A stretch of 32,000 nt of DNA from Candidatus Omnitrophota bacterium (GCA_963662715.1 OY759724.1:1020001-1052000); one strand, 5' to 3'; numbered from the stretch's first letter, positions 16,271-24,959 are shown. A program made the numbers and translations. The notes: generated from the sequence alone by a model not told the origin.

Positions 16271-16331
16271 ATAACCCGCGGAGGGGGCCGGCGCCCCGCG
16301 GGGCGTCCCAGACAGGATTCTCAACAGCTCA

Positions 16332-16360
16332 TTGACAAAAATAAAAGCCGATGCTATAGT
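16332..16360 (+). promoter_or_regulatory. Sigma70 promoter of tRNA-Ala
   Basis: TTGACA (16332-16337), 17-nt spacer, TATAGT (16355-16360). The tRNA starts 16 nt downstream. Confidence 0.7.
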
Positions 16361-16375
16361 GACAAAAAATTTACC

Positions 16376-16451
<76 letters not shown>

Positions 16452-16471
16452 CTTTCAAACCTTTCCAATCA

Positions 16472-16867
16472 TTGAAGACTTTTCGGATCATATTATTTAT
16501 AGGAATCATTGAAATCCTCATCGGCGGGATAACGCTTTTGGGGACAGGGGGAGCTTTATTGCTTTCGTCCAATACAAAACCCCCGAACGTCCTGTTTTTT
16601 GTTGTTGGGGCCGCCAGCATATCCTTATCTATCGGCGTAGGAATTCTAAAATTCAAAAAGCTCGCCTACCAGGCTCTGCTTTATTTTGCTTCCGTGGTCC
16701 TCTTAAGCAAAATTTTGATCTTTTTGGGGATCATTCATTTGAACGGGGCCTTGGAAACAACGCTCCCCCCCTCCATGAAAAACGGCATCTCGATCATCTA
16801 TCATGCCTTTGTCATCTATTATTTAAGTCAGAAAGACATAAAAAAAATTTTCCATGTCTGGCCCTGA
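16472..16867 (+). CDS. Small (about 131 aa) four-TM membrane protein of unknown function; start codon uncertain
   Basis: The open frame runs 16403-16867, but its only upstream ATG lies inside tRNA-Ala. The first plausible start after the tRNA is the TTG at 16472, which has no SD. The hydrophobic periodicity (four TM-like segments) argues for real coding. Confidence 0.4.
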   Translation: MKTFRIILFIGIIEILIGGITLLGTGGALLLSSNTKPPNVLFFVVGAASISLSIGVGILKFKKLAYQALLYFASVVLLSKILIFLGIIHLNGALETTLPPSMKNGISIIYHAFVIYYLSQKDIKKIFHVWP

Positions 16868-16933
16868 GGATCATCGTCAGAATGAACGGACCGGAACGGG
16901 TTTCCGCTCAAATGGGATAAAACCGGTCAGATA

Positions 16934-16962
16934 TTGATTTTCACAACAGATTGTTGTATATT
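16934..16962 (+). promoter_or_regulatory. Sigma70 promoter upstream of tRNA-Leu (and possibly of the downstream GT-C genes)
   Basis: TTGATT (16934-16939), 17-nt spacer, TATATT (16957-16962), about 80 nt upstream of the tRNA. Confidence 0.5.
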
Positions 16963-17041
16963 AATGAATCTAAAAATCATAAAGAAAAGCCTGTTATGAT
17001 TCGGCCGGTCATGATTTTCTGACATACGGTCATAGATTCCT

Positions 17042-17125
17042 GCTGGAGTGGCGGAATTGGTATACGCGCTGGTCTCAAAAACCAGTGAGGGAAACCTCAT
17101 GAGGGTTCGACTCCCTCCTCCAGCA
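17042..17125 (+). tRNA. tRNA-Leu: tRNA-Leu (anticodon CAA), type II with a long variable arm, CCA not encoded
   Basis: Manual fold: acceptor GCTGGAG/CTCCAGC; D-region GTGGCGGAATTGGTATACGC; anticodon stem CTGGT/ACCAG with loop CT-CAA-AA; variable arm TGAGGGAAACCTCATG; T-arm GAGGG-TTCGACT-CCCTC; discriminator A followed by CTTTTT. Confidence 0.93.
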
Positions 17126-17195
17126 CTTTTTATTATACTGCCCGAACAACAAAGAGTTTAGAGAAACCCTTTCCGGGACTCTTCCTTTGACCGTT

Positions 17196-18695
17196 ATGCG
17201 TCATTTCAAATCTTTCCTAACCCTCTCAAGTCTGTTTATCATCAACGTCCTCCTGAGGTTCCGTTTCATCAGTCAAGGGCCATATCATATTGACTGCGTG
17301 ACCATGGCCCGGCAGGCCCAGTTAACCCTGCAGACCGGACACCTGCATTATCTGCACAGCCACGGTTTTCCCTTAAGTGCGATGATCGCGGCCGCAAACG
17401 TCTGTCTGGCCCGGCTCTGGGGCACAGCCGATCCTGTCGATGCGGTCAATATCATGAGCGTCTTTTTCAGCGCACTAAGCGTCCCTCTCTTTTACCTGGT
17501 TGTCCGCAAACTGACAGAGCCATTAACCGCCCTGATCAGCGCCGTCCTGTTTTCGGTCAGCCCGATATTCTTAAGCCTGTCTGTTTTCGGGAACACCAAT
17601 GTTTTAAGCCTCTTTTTCTGTCTCTTATGTTTCTACCGGATCATCGATCACAAAGACAACCCTTCTCCGGGCAAGACAATCGCCAACGGGTTATGCCTGG
17701 GGTTATGGGGCGCGGTCCGCATTCAGGATTTCTTAAGTTTGCTGCCGGTGCTTCTTATTTACAGCGTCCTGTTCCATCCTCCGAAAAAGACAAAAACGTC
17801 CCATATGAAAGCCTTCGGCTTTTCTGTGCTTATTGCCTTTATTGTGACAGGGCTCTTTTATGTCCCGTTTTTAACCCGGCATCTTGAACCTTCCGCGACA
17901 CAATCATTAGGACATTTTTGGGAATTCGAGGTCGGCAGCCGGCTTTTCATCCTATCAGCAAGGTTTCTGTTCCTGTCTCTGATCTACTGGGCCGACAATT
18001 TTCTGCTGCTGGGAATCCTTCTCGCCGGATTAGGGCATCTGGTCCTGTGGCAGAGCAACAGGAAATTACTGTTTTTTCTGCTGAGCTGGTGTTTGATCCC
18101 GCTTCTTTTGTTCAGCCGCCTGGATATTGTCATGCCCCGGTTCTTTTTATGCGCGGTCCTGCCCCTCTATGTGATGCAGGGCGCTGTCCTGGCTTTTCTT
18201 TGGAGACGGAGAGCGCTTTTTAAAATCATCGCCATCTTTGTCATTATCCTGTCCGTCTGGCTGAATTTATACCGCATCGTGCCGGTGATCCAATACCGGC
18301 ACGATCATGCCGTCGTGCCTGATTATGTCCTCTGGCTCAAAGAAAAAACAGAATCAAACGCCTGCATGATTCCCGGAGATGAAGGAGATTTCCTCCGGTA
18401 TTATCACGGACCGGATTTGTTGGAACTTCGCTTGAAGATCCGCACCCCTTATTCCGGGGAAGAACTAAGAAAGATGAAACGCCAAATCGACCAGGAATTA
18501 GGCCGGGGACACCCGGTATATATCAATTACATTACGATGAATTCGCATAATCCGAAAAAACAATTTTCAAATCTCCTCTCCCGACATTATACTTTAATAT
18601 GTATAGGTGAAAAACTCTATGAAGACTGGCACCGGGGCGCCATGTATCAATTCATTTACCCTGTTGCCGTTTATAAAATAATACGAGAAAAATGA
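17196..18695 (+). CDS. Polytopic membrane protein, GT-C-like glycosyltransferase candidate (paralog 1 of a tandem pair)
   Basis: About 499 aa from the ATG at 17196 (the ORF-track start at 17187 is a TTG). It has multiple TM helices, the first-loop motif GPYHIDC, and a C-terminal soluble domain. It is alignable along its full length to the next gene. The stop overlaps the next start (ATGA). Confidence 0.7.
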   Translation: MRHFKSFLTLSSLFIINVLLRFRFISQGPYHIDCVTMARQAQLTLQTGHLHYLHSHGFPLSAMIAAANVCLARLWGTADPVDAVNIMSVFFSALSVPLFYLVVRKLTEPLTALISAVLFSVSPIFLSLSVFGNTNVLSLFFCLLCFYRIIDHKDNPSPGKTIANGLCLGLWGAVRIQDFLSLLPVLLIYSVLFHPPKKTKTSHMKAFGFSVLIAFIVTGLFYVPFLTRHLEPSATQSLGHFWEFEVGSRLFILSARFLFLSLIYWADNFLLLGILLAGLGHLVLWQSNRKLLFFLLSWCLIPLLLFSRLDIVMPRFFLCAVLPLYVMQGAVLAFLWRRRALFKIIAIFVIILSVWLNLYRIVPVIQYRHDHAVVPDYVLWLKEKTESNACMIPGDEGDFLRYYHGPDLLELRLKIRTPYSGEELRKMKRQIDQELGRGHPVYINYITMNSHNPKKQFSNLLSRHYTLICIGEKLYEDWHRGAMYQFIYPVAVYKIIREK

Positions 18696-20224
18696 AAAAA
18701 GAACATCCTCCGGCATGGCTCATAGCCGTCATCCTCGGCAGCCTCAGTCTCGTCATGCGGCTGGCGGTTATCAGCCTCGGCCCTTTTCATGTGGACTGCC
18801 TGAATCTTGCGGTTAAAGCCCAGAACACATTACACCATCATCAGCTTCATTTCCTGAACGGAACGGGCTACCCGTTAACGGTTTTATTAGGATCGCTTTT
18901 CGTGGCCTTGACAGGATTTGCCGGTAATAAAGACCCTGTCTTTGCCGTGAATTTCATGAGCGTTGTCTTAAGCTCTTTAGCGATTGCCTTTCACTTCCTG
19001 TTCGTAAAGGATTTCCTGACCCGGAAAACAGCCATTTTCAGCGCCATTGTCTTTTCGGTTTTTCCTGCGTATTTAGGGCTGTCCACTTACGGAAAAAGTC
19101 ATATCCCCAGCATTTTCTTCCTGTGTTTGGGGCTGTTGATCCTTCAACAATATCTGCAGACGGGTAAACGTTCTTTATTCTTCTTCAGCATAGGATGCTT
19201 CGGATGCATGGGGGCTTCCCGGGTGCAGGAATATGTGTTTTTAATCATCCCTGTCACCGTTTTCGTCTGGATCATGTTTAAACAAAAAAAGGGCCACCCG
19301 TCATTGCGGCAGAAGAGCCAGCTCTTCTGGCGGGACAGCCTTGGGCTATGGACCGGATCGACCGTCTTCGCTTTTCTCTTTTATGTCCCGCTGCTGATCG
19401 ACGCTCCCCGGACAGGGTATTTCATCCAGCTGAAAGGATACTGGGATGTCAGCACCTCTCCGAACTTTTTGGGACTCCTTTCCCCGTCGCTTGCTGAAAG
19501 TTTCCGCATTATCTTTTTCGGCCTCACACCCATCGGATCGATCACGGCCCTGCTGGGATTCCTTCTCATTCTGAAAAAGGATAAATACAAGGCGCTTTTT
19601 CTGGCCGTGTGGTTACTCCTGCCCTTGCTCTTTCTGGGAAATCTTTCCATGACAACGACACGCTTTATCATGATCTGTATAATCCCGCTCTTTATCTGCG
19701 CGGGTTATTTCTTCGCCCATCTCTACTCCTTCCCGAACTCTTATTTCCGGCTCCTGTCTTTTTTTGTTTTCTCTCTTATTACGGTCACAATGTTTGTCAA
19801 TATTTATCCGGTGCTCCTTTTCCGCCATCAGCATGCTCTCCTGCCTGATTTCGCCCGCTTTGTCCAGCGCGTCACCGAACCTTCGGCAAAGATCATCGCC
19901 GGGGACGAAACACCTTTTATCATATATTACGGTAAAAGAGAGATCGGCTTTCGTCCCTTCGAGGCCGCCAAAATTCCGCAATCCCAACTCAGGGATTTCC
20001 AGCGGCGGCTTGACGCCTTGCTGGCACAAGACACACCCGTTTACATTACATCCTCCGGACTTCTAAGTTATGATCCCGAAAAAAAGTTCTCCTCATTTGT
20101 ACAAAATCATTATCAGCTCGATTATGTCGGAGAAACTCTTTCGGAAGGATGGCATCAAGGAGTGACACGGTTACGCATTGGCGTGGAGAAACTCTATAGA
20201 ATCCGGCCCAGACAGACGGAATAA
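18692..20224 (+). CDS. Polytopic membrane protein, GT-C-like glycosyltransferase candidate (paralog 2 of a tandem pair)
   Basis: 510 aa. The first-loop motif is GPFHVDC. Shared blocks with paralog 1 are DPVxAVNxMSV, LFYVPxL, RHxHAxxPD, PVYI and E(D/G)WHxG. Confidence 0.7.
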   Translation: MKKEHPPAWLIAVILGSLSLVMRLAVISLGPFHVDCLNLAVKAQNTLHHHQLHFLNGTGYPLTVLLGSLFVALTGFAGNKDPVFAVNFMSVVLSSLAIAFHFLFVKDFLTRKTAIFSAIVFSVFPAYLGLSTYGKSHIPSIFFLCLGLLILQQYLQTGKRSLFFFSIGCFGCMGASRVQEYVFLIIPVTVFVWIMFKQKKGHPSLRQKSQLFWRDSLGLWTGSTVFAFLFYVPLLIDAPRTGYFIQLKGYWDVSTSPNFLGLLSPSLAESFRIIFFGLTPIGSITALLGFLLILKKDKYKALFLAVWLLLPLLFLGNLSMTTTRFIMICIIPLFICAGYFFAHLYSFPNSYFRLLSFFVFSLITVTMFVNIYPVLLFRHQHALLPDFARFVQRVTEPSAKIIAGDETPFIIYYGKREIGFRPFEAAKIPQSQLRDFQRRLDALLAQDTPVYITSSGLLSYDPEKKFSSFVQNHYQLDYVGETLSEGWHQGVTRLRIGVEKLYRIRPRQTE

Positions 20225-20454
20225 TCCAGAATCAACAATGGTCTTTCCTGAAACCCGCCACAGACGGCTCAAAGGGAAAGACGGACTTGTTCTTGCCCCC
20301 ACATTCCGGATTTTGGTTAAGTTAAGATCGTGAATCTTTTCCGGTTGTCCCCCTGGGGACACTTCTGCCATAACTTACTGTGTTCCAAATAGTCAGAGGG
20401 ACCCGGTCCCTCTTCCCCTTGCCTCTTTAAATGATCAATGTTAAACTATATCTA

Positions 20455-21024
20455 ATGAAAATATTAAGATTATATACTTCATTCCTCCTGATGGTCTGGC
20501 TCCTTCCCTCTCTGCCTTCGCAGGCGCAAGAGGACCCTGCGACGGCCAAAATTCCAGTGCAGATTATCAGCCTGAAAGACGGCTCCCTAATCAGGGGACG
20601 GTTGATCGGAGTTGAAAACGGAAGTTATATCATTCAAACCGAACATCTGGGAGAAATCAAACTTAATCCTGATGATATCAACAACCTGGCCACAAACGCC
20701 CCAAGCAGTCCAGCCGCTCAAATCAAAACACTTCAGAGTTCAACGGGAGAGCTCGTTGTCCCGCAGTCAGGATCAACAGACGCACTGAAAGCCGTACAAG
20801 AGACCCTGCTGACTGATCCGAAACTCTTTTCTCTTTTGCAGGAATTAATGATGGACCCGGAAGTCGTTCAAATCATTCAAAACAGCTCTTTGCAGCAGGA
20901 TCTTATGACCATGGATGCGGAAAAGATTCAAAATAATGCCGATTTCCAAAAACTGCTCCAACACCCCAAGATTCAAAAAATCATCAGAACATTTGAATCC
21001 GAACACCTTTCTCCGAGTCAGTGA
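20455..21024 (+). CDS. Secreted/periplasmic protein of unknown function (signal peptide, beta-rich domain, Ser/Thr/Pro linker, helical DP-repeat C-domain)
   Basis: Signal peptide MKILRLYTSFLLMVWLLPSLPSQA|QE from the ATG at 20455. The ORF track offers an earlier ATG at 20431, which gives an atypically long n-region. There is no SD at either start. Confidence 0.6.
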   Translation: MKILRLYTSFLLMVWLLPSLPSQAQEDPATAKIPVQIISLKDGSLIRGRLIGVENGSYIIQTEHLGEIKLNPDDINNLATNAPSSPAAQIKTLQSSTGELVVPQSGSTDALKAVQETLLTDPKLFSLLQELMMDPEVVQIIQNSSLQQDLMTMDAEKIQNNADFQKLLQHPKIQKIIRTFESEHLSPSQ

Positions 21025-21081
21025 CCGCTGACGGTTCCTTTCCTCCGCAACAGACGCCTTAAACAAATTTCCCCCCGGCGG

Positions 21082-21783
21082 TCATGACTTTTCCTCCCGG
21101 CGGAACCACAGTTTCACAGTGCTGAGAAGCACTCCCGGGCCGTGACGCAGGATGGAAAACGTTCCCCCGCCTTTATCAAGATAACGCCCAGGGATTTCCC
21201 GGAAAGGACATCCTTGCCTTTGTATCTGCATGATTAGTTCAATGTGGATATCAAACCCCCGGGCCTGCAGAGAAATTTTATCTAAAGCTCTCTGCGATAT
21301 AGCGACTGTTCCGGAGCCGATATCGCAAATGGGGACATGAAACAATATCCGACAAAATCCGTAATAAAGGCGGCTGGCCAGCTTTCTTAGCCAGGGGACC
21401 CCGGCCCCCCGTCGGGATAAGTAGCGCGAGACAACAACAAGATCATGGGTTTTATTGAGGGATATTACTTCCGGGAGAACTTCAACGCCAAACGGCAGGT
21501 CGATATCACAGTAAACAACGGTTGCCCCTTGTGCTTGCTGAAAAAGACGCCTGAGAGTTACCCCCAAACCAAGGTTTGCGTGATTGGCGCTATACGTCAG
21601 TTGAGGATATTCTTCTGCAAGCCGGCGGATGGTCTCTAAACTGTCATCGGCGCTGCCGTCGTCTCTTAATAAAATTTCATACGTCCACGGCTGTTGCCCG
21701 CAAAATTGTATTAACCGGCGGATGGATGGCTCGATAAAATTTCCTGAATTATAAACGGGAATGACAATCGATACATTAAGCAT
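21082..21783 (-). CDS. GT2-family glycosyltransferase, polyprenyl-phosphate sugar synthase-like (Dpm1/Ppm1/GtrB/ArnC type)
   Basis: 233 aa from the ATG at 21783 (GGAG 11 nt upstream). Supporting motifs are MLNVSIVIPVYNSG ... LLRDDGSADDS ... VVYCDIDLP (DxD). The longer ORF-track version (to 22044) overlaps the upstream gene by 179 nt and adds a Cys/Arg-rich, non-GT2 N-terminus. Confidence 0.8.
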   Translation of the reverse strand: MLNVSIVIPVYNSGNFIEPSIRRLIQFCGQQPWTYEILLRDDGSADDSLETIRRLAEEYPQLTYSANHANLGLGVTLRRLFQQAQGATVVYCDIDLPFGVEVLPEVISLNKTHDLVVVSRYLSRRGAGVPWLRKLASRLYYGFCRILFHVPICDIGSGTVAISQRALDKISLQARGFDIHIELIMQIQRQGCPFREIPGRYLDKGGGTFSILRHGPGVLLSTVKLWFRREEKS

Positions 21784-21865
21784 AGGGTTGACGTCTCCGA
21801 CGAATACCTCTGAGGCATGGCTCTTTCGACGTGAACCGCGCCGCAGACCATGCTGTTTGTTATAT

Positions 21866-23665
21866 TCAGGGACGGTCTTGCTGGCCCTGGAGAAAGGACT
21901 GCACCTGCAACAATAATTCCCCTGCTTCGACAATTCTGCCCTGTCTTTTAAAAAGCAAGACAGCATGATTGAGCATCTCCCGGATATTCTCTTCCTCTCC
22001 CAAGTGGGCATAAACGCCCGCAAGATTAAAATAGGCCTCGGCAAATTCCGGGTTGAGTTCTATCGCCCGCCGGTAAGCCTTGACGGATTCGTTTAAAAGC
22101 CCGGATTCAAAATAAACCGGCGCGATAGAAAAATAAAAATGGGCTTCTTCCGGGTTAAGCGAGATGGCTTTTTTAAACGCGTCTAAAGCCTGTTCCCACT
22201 GCCCCTCTTCAGCATAAACAATACCAAGATTATTGTGCATAAACGCACTCTGCGGATTATCGCGGACAACAGTCTCATATAATGTGGGATTATCACGCCA
22301 GTCCTTATTTCTGATCCATGTTCTGGCGGCGTAGAATATAAGAATGACCGCCATGCCTCCGGAAACGGTTCTCCGGAGCCAAAGGCGGTCGGAAGACAAC
22401 GCCTTGTCTGATAATTTTACGAAAGCATATCCCAACAGCAGGCAAAATGCCCATGAACCGGGGTATAAATATCTTTCCGCGAAATAAACAGAACTGGGCA
22501 CGATGTTGGCGCCCGGCAAAAGCGACAGGAACAGCCACCCGGCACAAAAACCAACGAGAGGTCGTTTCCTGCCCGCAAAAAATGCTGAGAGAAGAACGAT
22601 CACGATAACCGCCAGCGCCCGCAGGACATAAGGGTCCGCGACCGACTGGGACAAAACAGCCGTCGCGTCAAAATCATCCTGGTCAAAAGCGAAAATCCCC
22701 GGGGAGAGCACGGGGTTGTGCGTGAGCTGCCAGGGGAAAATCAGGACAGAGACATATCTTGCCCAAGCCTTGACAATGACCCAGAAGGTTAAAAGATAGC
22801 TTCCCATGAGATACCCGCCGCGGGTTATCGTCCCCAGGACCTGCCATTTACAGAAAACATAAACCAACACTAAAAGGAAATATGGAAGCAGTTTAAGCAG
22901 GCTCTCCCTGAACGGTGGCCGGTTGCGGGTAAAAAACAATTCATAAAACGCGAACAATAAAGGAAGGGAAATCGCCAGTTCATGGGTAAACACGGCCAGA
23001 AATGCAAATCCGAAAGCCAGTCCTTTTTCTTTGCCCGCCTGCGGTTCTTCGTTTTTCAGAGATCTTTTGTCCTGGATATTATTCCAAGACTTTCCTTCAC
23101 CCCAAAAGACCGGATATAAACCCTGGTGCCGGTTTGCTGACAAGTAAAAATAAAAGCTCGCCAATAAGAAGACAATACCTAATGTATCCACACTGGCCGT
23201 CATAAACGTGACGGCCTCCACATGTACCGGATGCAGGGCGAACAGCAGCGCGGTCCAAAACGCTGTCTCCCGGCGGTTCAGCAATTCATAAGTCAAAAGA
23301 TAAACAAATAAAATACCGAGCGCGTGAATGCCCAAGGCCGCCAGATGATACCCGAATACGTTATATTGCCATAAATTAAAGTTGATGGCGTGCCAAAATG
23401 TCTTTAACGGCGAGTAAATACCCGGCTGTCCGTCCGGGGGGATATACCCGACAAAGAACCTCGGGAGGTTCCGCATATCCTGAATCAGCGGCCAGCGGAC
23501 AATAAAATCAAAATCATCCAAAACAAATTGATTGCTGAAAATATTGCTAAAGACAAAAAGGGTGATGAGTAAAATAAAACTTACCGCCCAAGACGAATTC
23601 TGCAGCATTTTCGTCCAGAACCCTGCTGGTGTTGTCTTCGTTCTCTTCTGGGTCTTTTTTACCAC
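21866..23665 (-). CDS. TMTC-like GT-C membrane glycosyltransferase with C-terminal TPR repeats (DUF1736-type)
   Basis: 599 aa with a GTG start. The first-loop motif is NQFVLDDFDFI. The block ALHPVHVEAVTFMTASVDTLG resembles the TMTC/DUF1736 block. It has about 10 or more TM helices, then about 4 TPRs (NLGIVYAEEGQWEQALDAFKKAISLNP ... AYFNLAGVYAHLG). Confidence 0.72.
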   Translation of the reverse strand: MVKKTQKRTKTTPAGFWTKMLQNSSWAVSFILLITLFVFSNIFSNQFVLDDFDFIVRWPLIQDMRNLPRFFVGYIPPDGQPGIYSPLKTFWHAINFNLWQYNVFGYHLAALGIHALGILFVYLLTYELLNRRETAFWTALLFALHPVHVEAVTFMTASVDTLGIVFLLASFYFYLSANRHQGLYPVFWGEGKSWNNIQDKRSLKNEEPQAGKEKGLAFGFAFLAVFTHELAISLPLLFAFYELFFTRNRPPFRESLLKLLPYFLLVLVYVFCKWQVLGTITRGGYLMGSYLLTFWVIVKAWARYVSVLIFPWQLTHNPVLSPGIFAFDQDDFDATAVLSQSVADPYVLRALAVIVIVLLSAFFAGRKRPLVGFCAGWLFLSLLPGANIVPSSVYFAERYLYPGSWAFCLLLGYAFVKLSDKALSSDRLWLRRTVSGGMAVILIFYAARTWIRNKDWRDNPTLYETVVRDNPQSAFMHNNLGIVYAEEGQWEQALDAFKKAISLNPEEAHFYFSIAPVYFESGLLNESVKAYRRAIELNPEFAEAYFNLAGVYAHLGEEENIREMLNHAVLLFKRQGRIVEAGELLLQVQSFLQGQQDRP

Positions 23666-23729
23666 TCGGCTATTCTTCTGCAGGTGACAGTTTAACGTTA
23701 AAAACGGCCCCGTGAACCACAGCGTTAAA

Positions 23730-23758
23730 ATTATATCTCAACAATATTTGTTTCACAA
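23730..23758 (-). promoter_or_regulatory. Internal sigma70-type promoter upstream of the TMTC-like gene
   Basis: Minus strand reads TTGTGA (23758-23753), 17-nt spacer, TATAAT (23735-23730), located between the rlmN stop and the TMTC-like start. Confidence 0.45.
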
Positions 23759-23790
23759 GCAACTCTCTTTGGGATAGCGCTTGCGCCCCC

Positions 23791-24843
23791 TTAAGCCTTC
23801 CCCCGGGTCCTTAGCTGCCCGCAGGCCCCGGAAATGTCCTTCCCGCGCGGCCTGCGAAGGGTCGCATGAATGCCGACGCGGTCAAGCCGCTCCTTAAAGG
23901 CAGATATTTCATGCCCGGACGGGGCTTGAAAATCAAATTCCCTGACGGGATTATAAGGGATAAGATTCATCTTGCACAGGACGCCTTTAAAGGCTTTCCG
24001 CAGCGCCTGAACCGCTCTGTCCGTGCACGTCACATCCTTGATAAGGATATATTCAAAAGTAATCTGCCGGTTCGTTTCTTTGCTGTATTCCCGGCACACT
24101 GTCATCAAATCATCAAACGGATATGTCCTGTTAACAGGCATCAGGGTATTCCGGGAGGCATTATCATAACCGTGCAGAGAAATAGCCAGTTCAAGCTGAA
24201 GCCCCTCTTGGGCCAATTGTTTCATTCGGGGGATGACTCCGCAAGTCGAAACAGCAATTCGTCGGGCACCGATGTTCAAACCTCTTTTATCGTTAACGAT
24301 CCGGATGGATTTCATAACGTTCTGAAAATTGTCAAGGGGTTCGCCGACCCCCATATAGACAATATGCGAAAGCGGCTTTTTATGCTTTCGGGCCTCTTCT
24401 TTGACATGCAATATTTGCGTTATGATCTCTGCCGCGGAAAGATTTCTGGTCCATCCGCCGATTCCGCTGGCACAAAAACGGCATCCGAATTTGCAGCCCG
24501 CCTGAGTTGACAGGCACACGGTTGTGCGAGTCTTGGAGGGAATTAAAACTGTCTCAATTCTCTGACGGTCGTCCAATTCGAGAAGGAACTTGGTTGTCCC
24601 GTCTTGAGACACCTGTTTGTCTGCGATTTTCAGCGGTTTTAAAATGAACTGGCCGGCAAGATGATCCCGCAGGGCTTTCGGCAGGTTTTTCATGTCATCC
24701 GGGGACCAAACGCATTTGCGGTAAAGCCACTCGAATATTTGTGTGGCCCGGTAGGGCTTTTCTCCCCAGCTTTCCAAACACTGGACAAGGTCCTTGTAAG
24801 ATAAATCCTGAAGCTCTTTTCTTTTTGGGGTCGTCTCGGTCAT
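23791..24843 (-). CDS. rlmN: 23S rRNA (adenine2503-C2)/tRNA A37 methyltransferase RlmN (radical SAM)
   Basis: Supporting motifs are CLSTQAGCKFGCRFCASG (CxxxCxxC), YRATQIFEWLY, MGVGEPLDN and the C-terminal DISGACGQL. I prefer the ATG at 24843 (GGGAAAGGGAT upstream) over the GTG at 24885. Confidence 0.9.
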   Translation of the reverse strand: MTETTPKRKELQDLSYKDLVQCLESWGEKPYRATQIFEWLYRKCVWSPDDMKNLPKALRDHLAGQFILKPLKIADKQVSQDGTTKFLLELDDRQRIETVLIPSKTRTTVCLSTQAGCKFGCRFCASGIGGWTRNLSAAEIITQILHVKEEARKHKKPLSHIVYMGVGEPLDNFQNVMKSIRIVNDKRGLNIGARRIAVSTCGVIPRMKQLAQEGLQLELAISLHGYDNASRNTLMPVNRTYPFDDLMTVCREYSKETNRQITFEYILIKDVTCTDRAVQALRKAFKGVLCKMNLIPYNPVREFDFQAPSGHEISAFKERLDRVGIHATLRRPRGKDISGACGQLRTRGKA

Positions 24844-24959
24844 ATCCCTTTCCCGAAAATACGTCTGCAGCCTATGAAATCTCACTCACGTTTTTAATAA
24901 ACATATTCTGGAATGGAGGGTGCGGGTAACGGGGAAATTCTGCTGAAAGGACATTTCCT

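Noticed and set aside
21784-22044. N-terminal 87-codon extension of the GT2 gene
   Set aside because: It overlaps the 3' end of the TMTC-like gene by 179 nt. The extension is Cys/Arg-rich and unlike GT2 proteins, which begin right at the (I/V)xIPxYN strand. The ATG at 21783 has a GGAG upstream.
17042-23665. tRNA-Leu-associated genomic island carrying the glycosyltransferase locus
   Set aside because: I found no integrase, no direct repeat of the tRNA 3' end downstream, and no mobility genes. The flanking genes (rlmN, accA) are core housekeeping genes on the same strand as the distal part of the locus.
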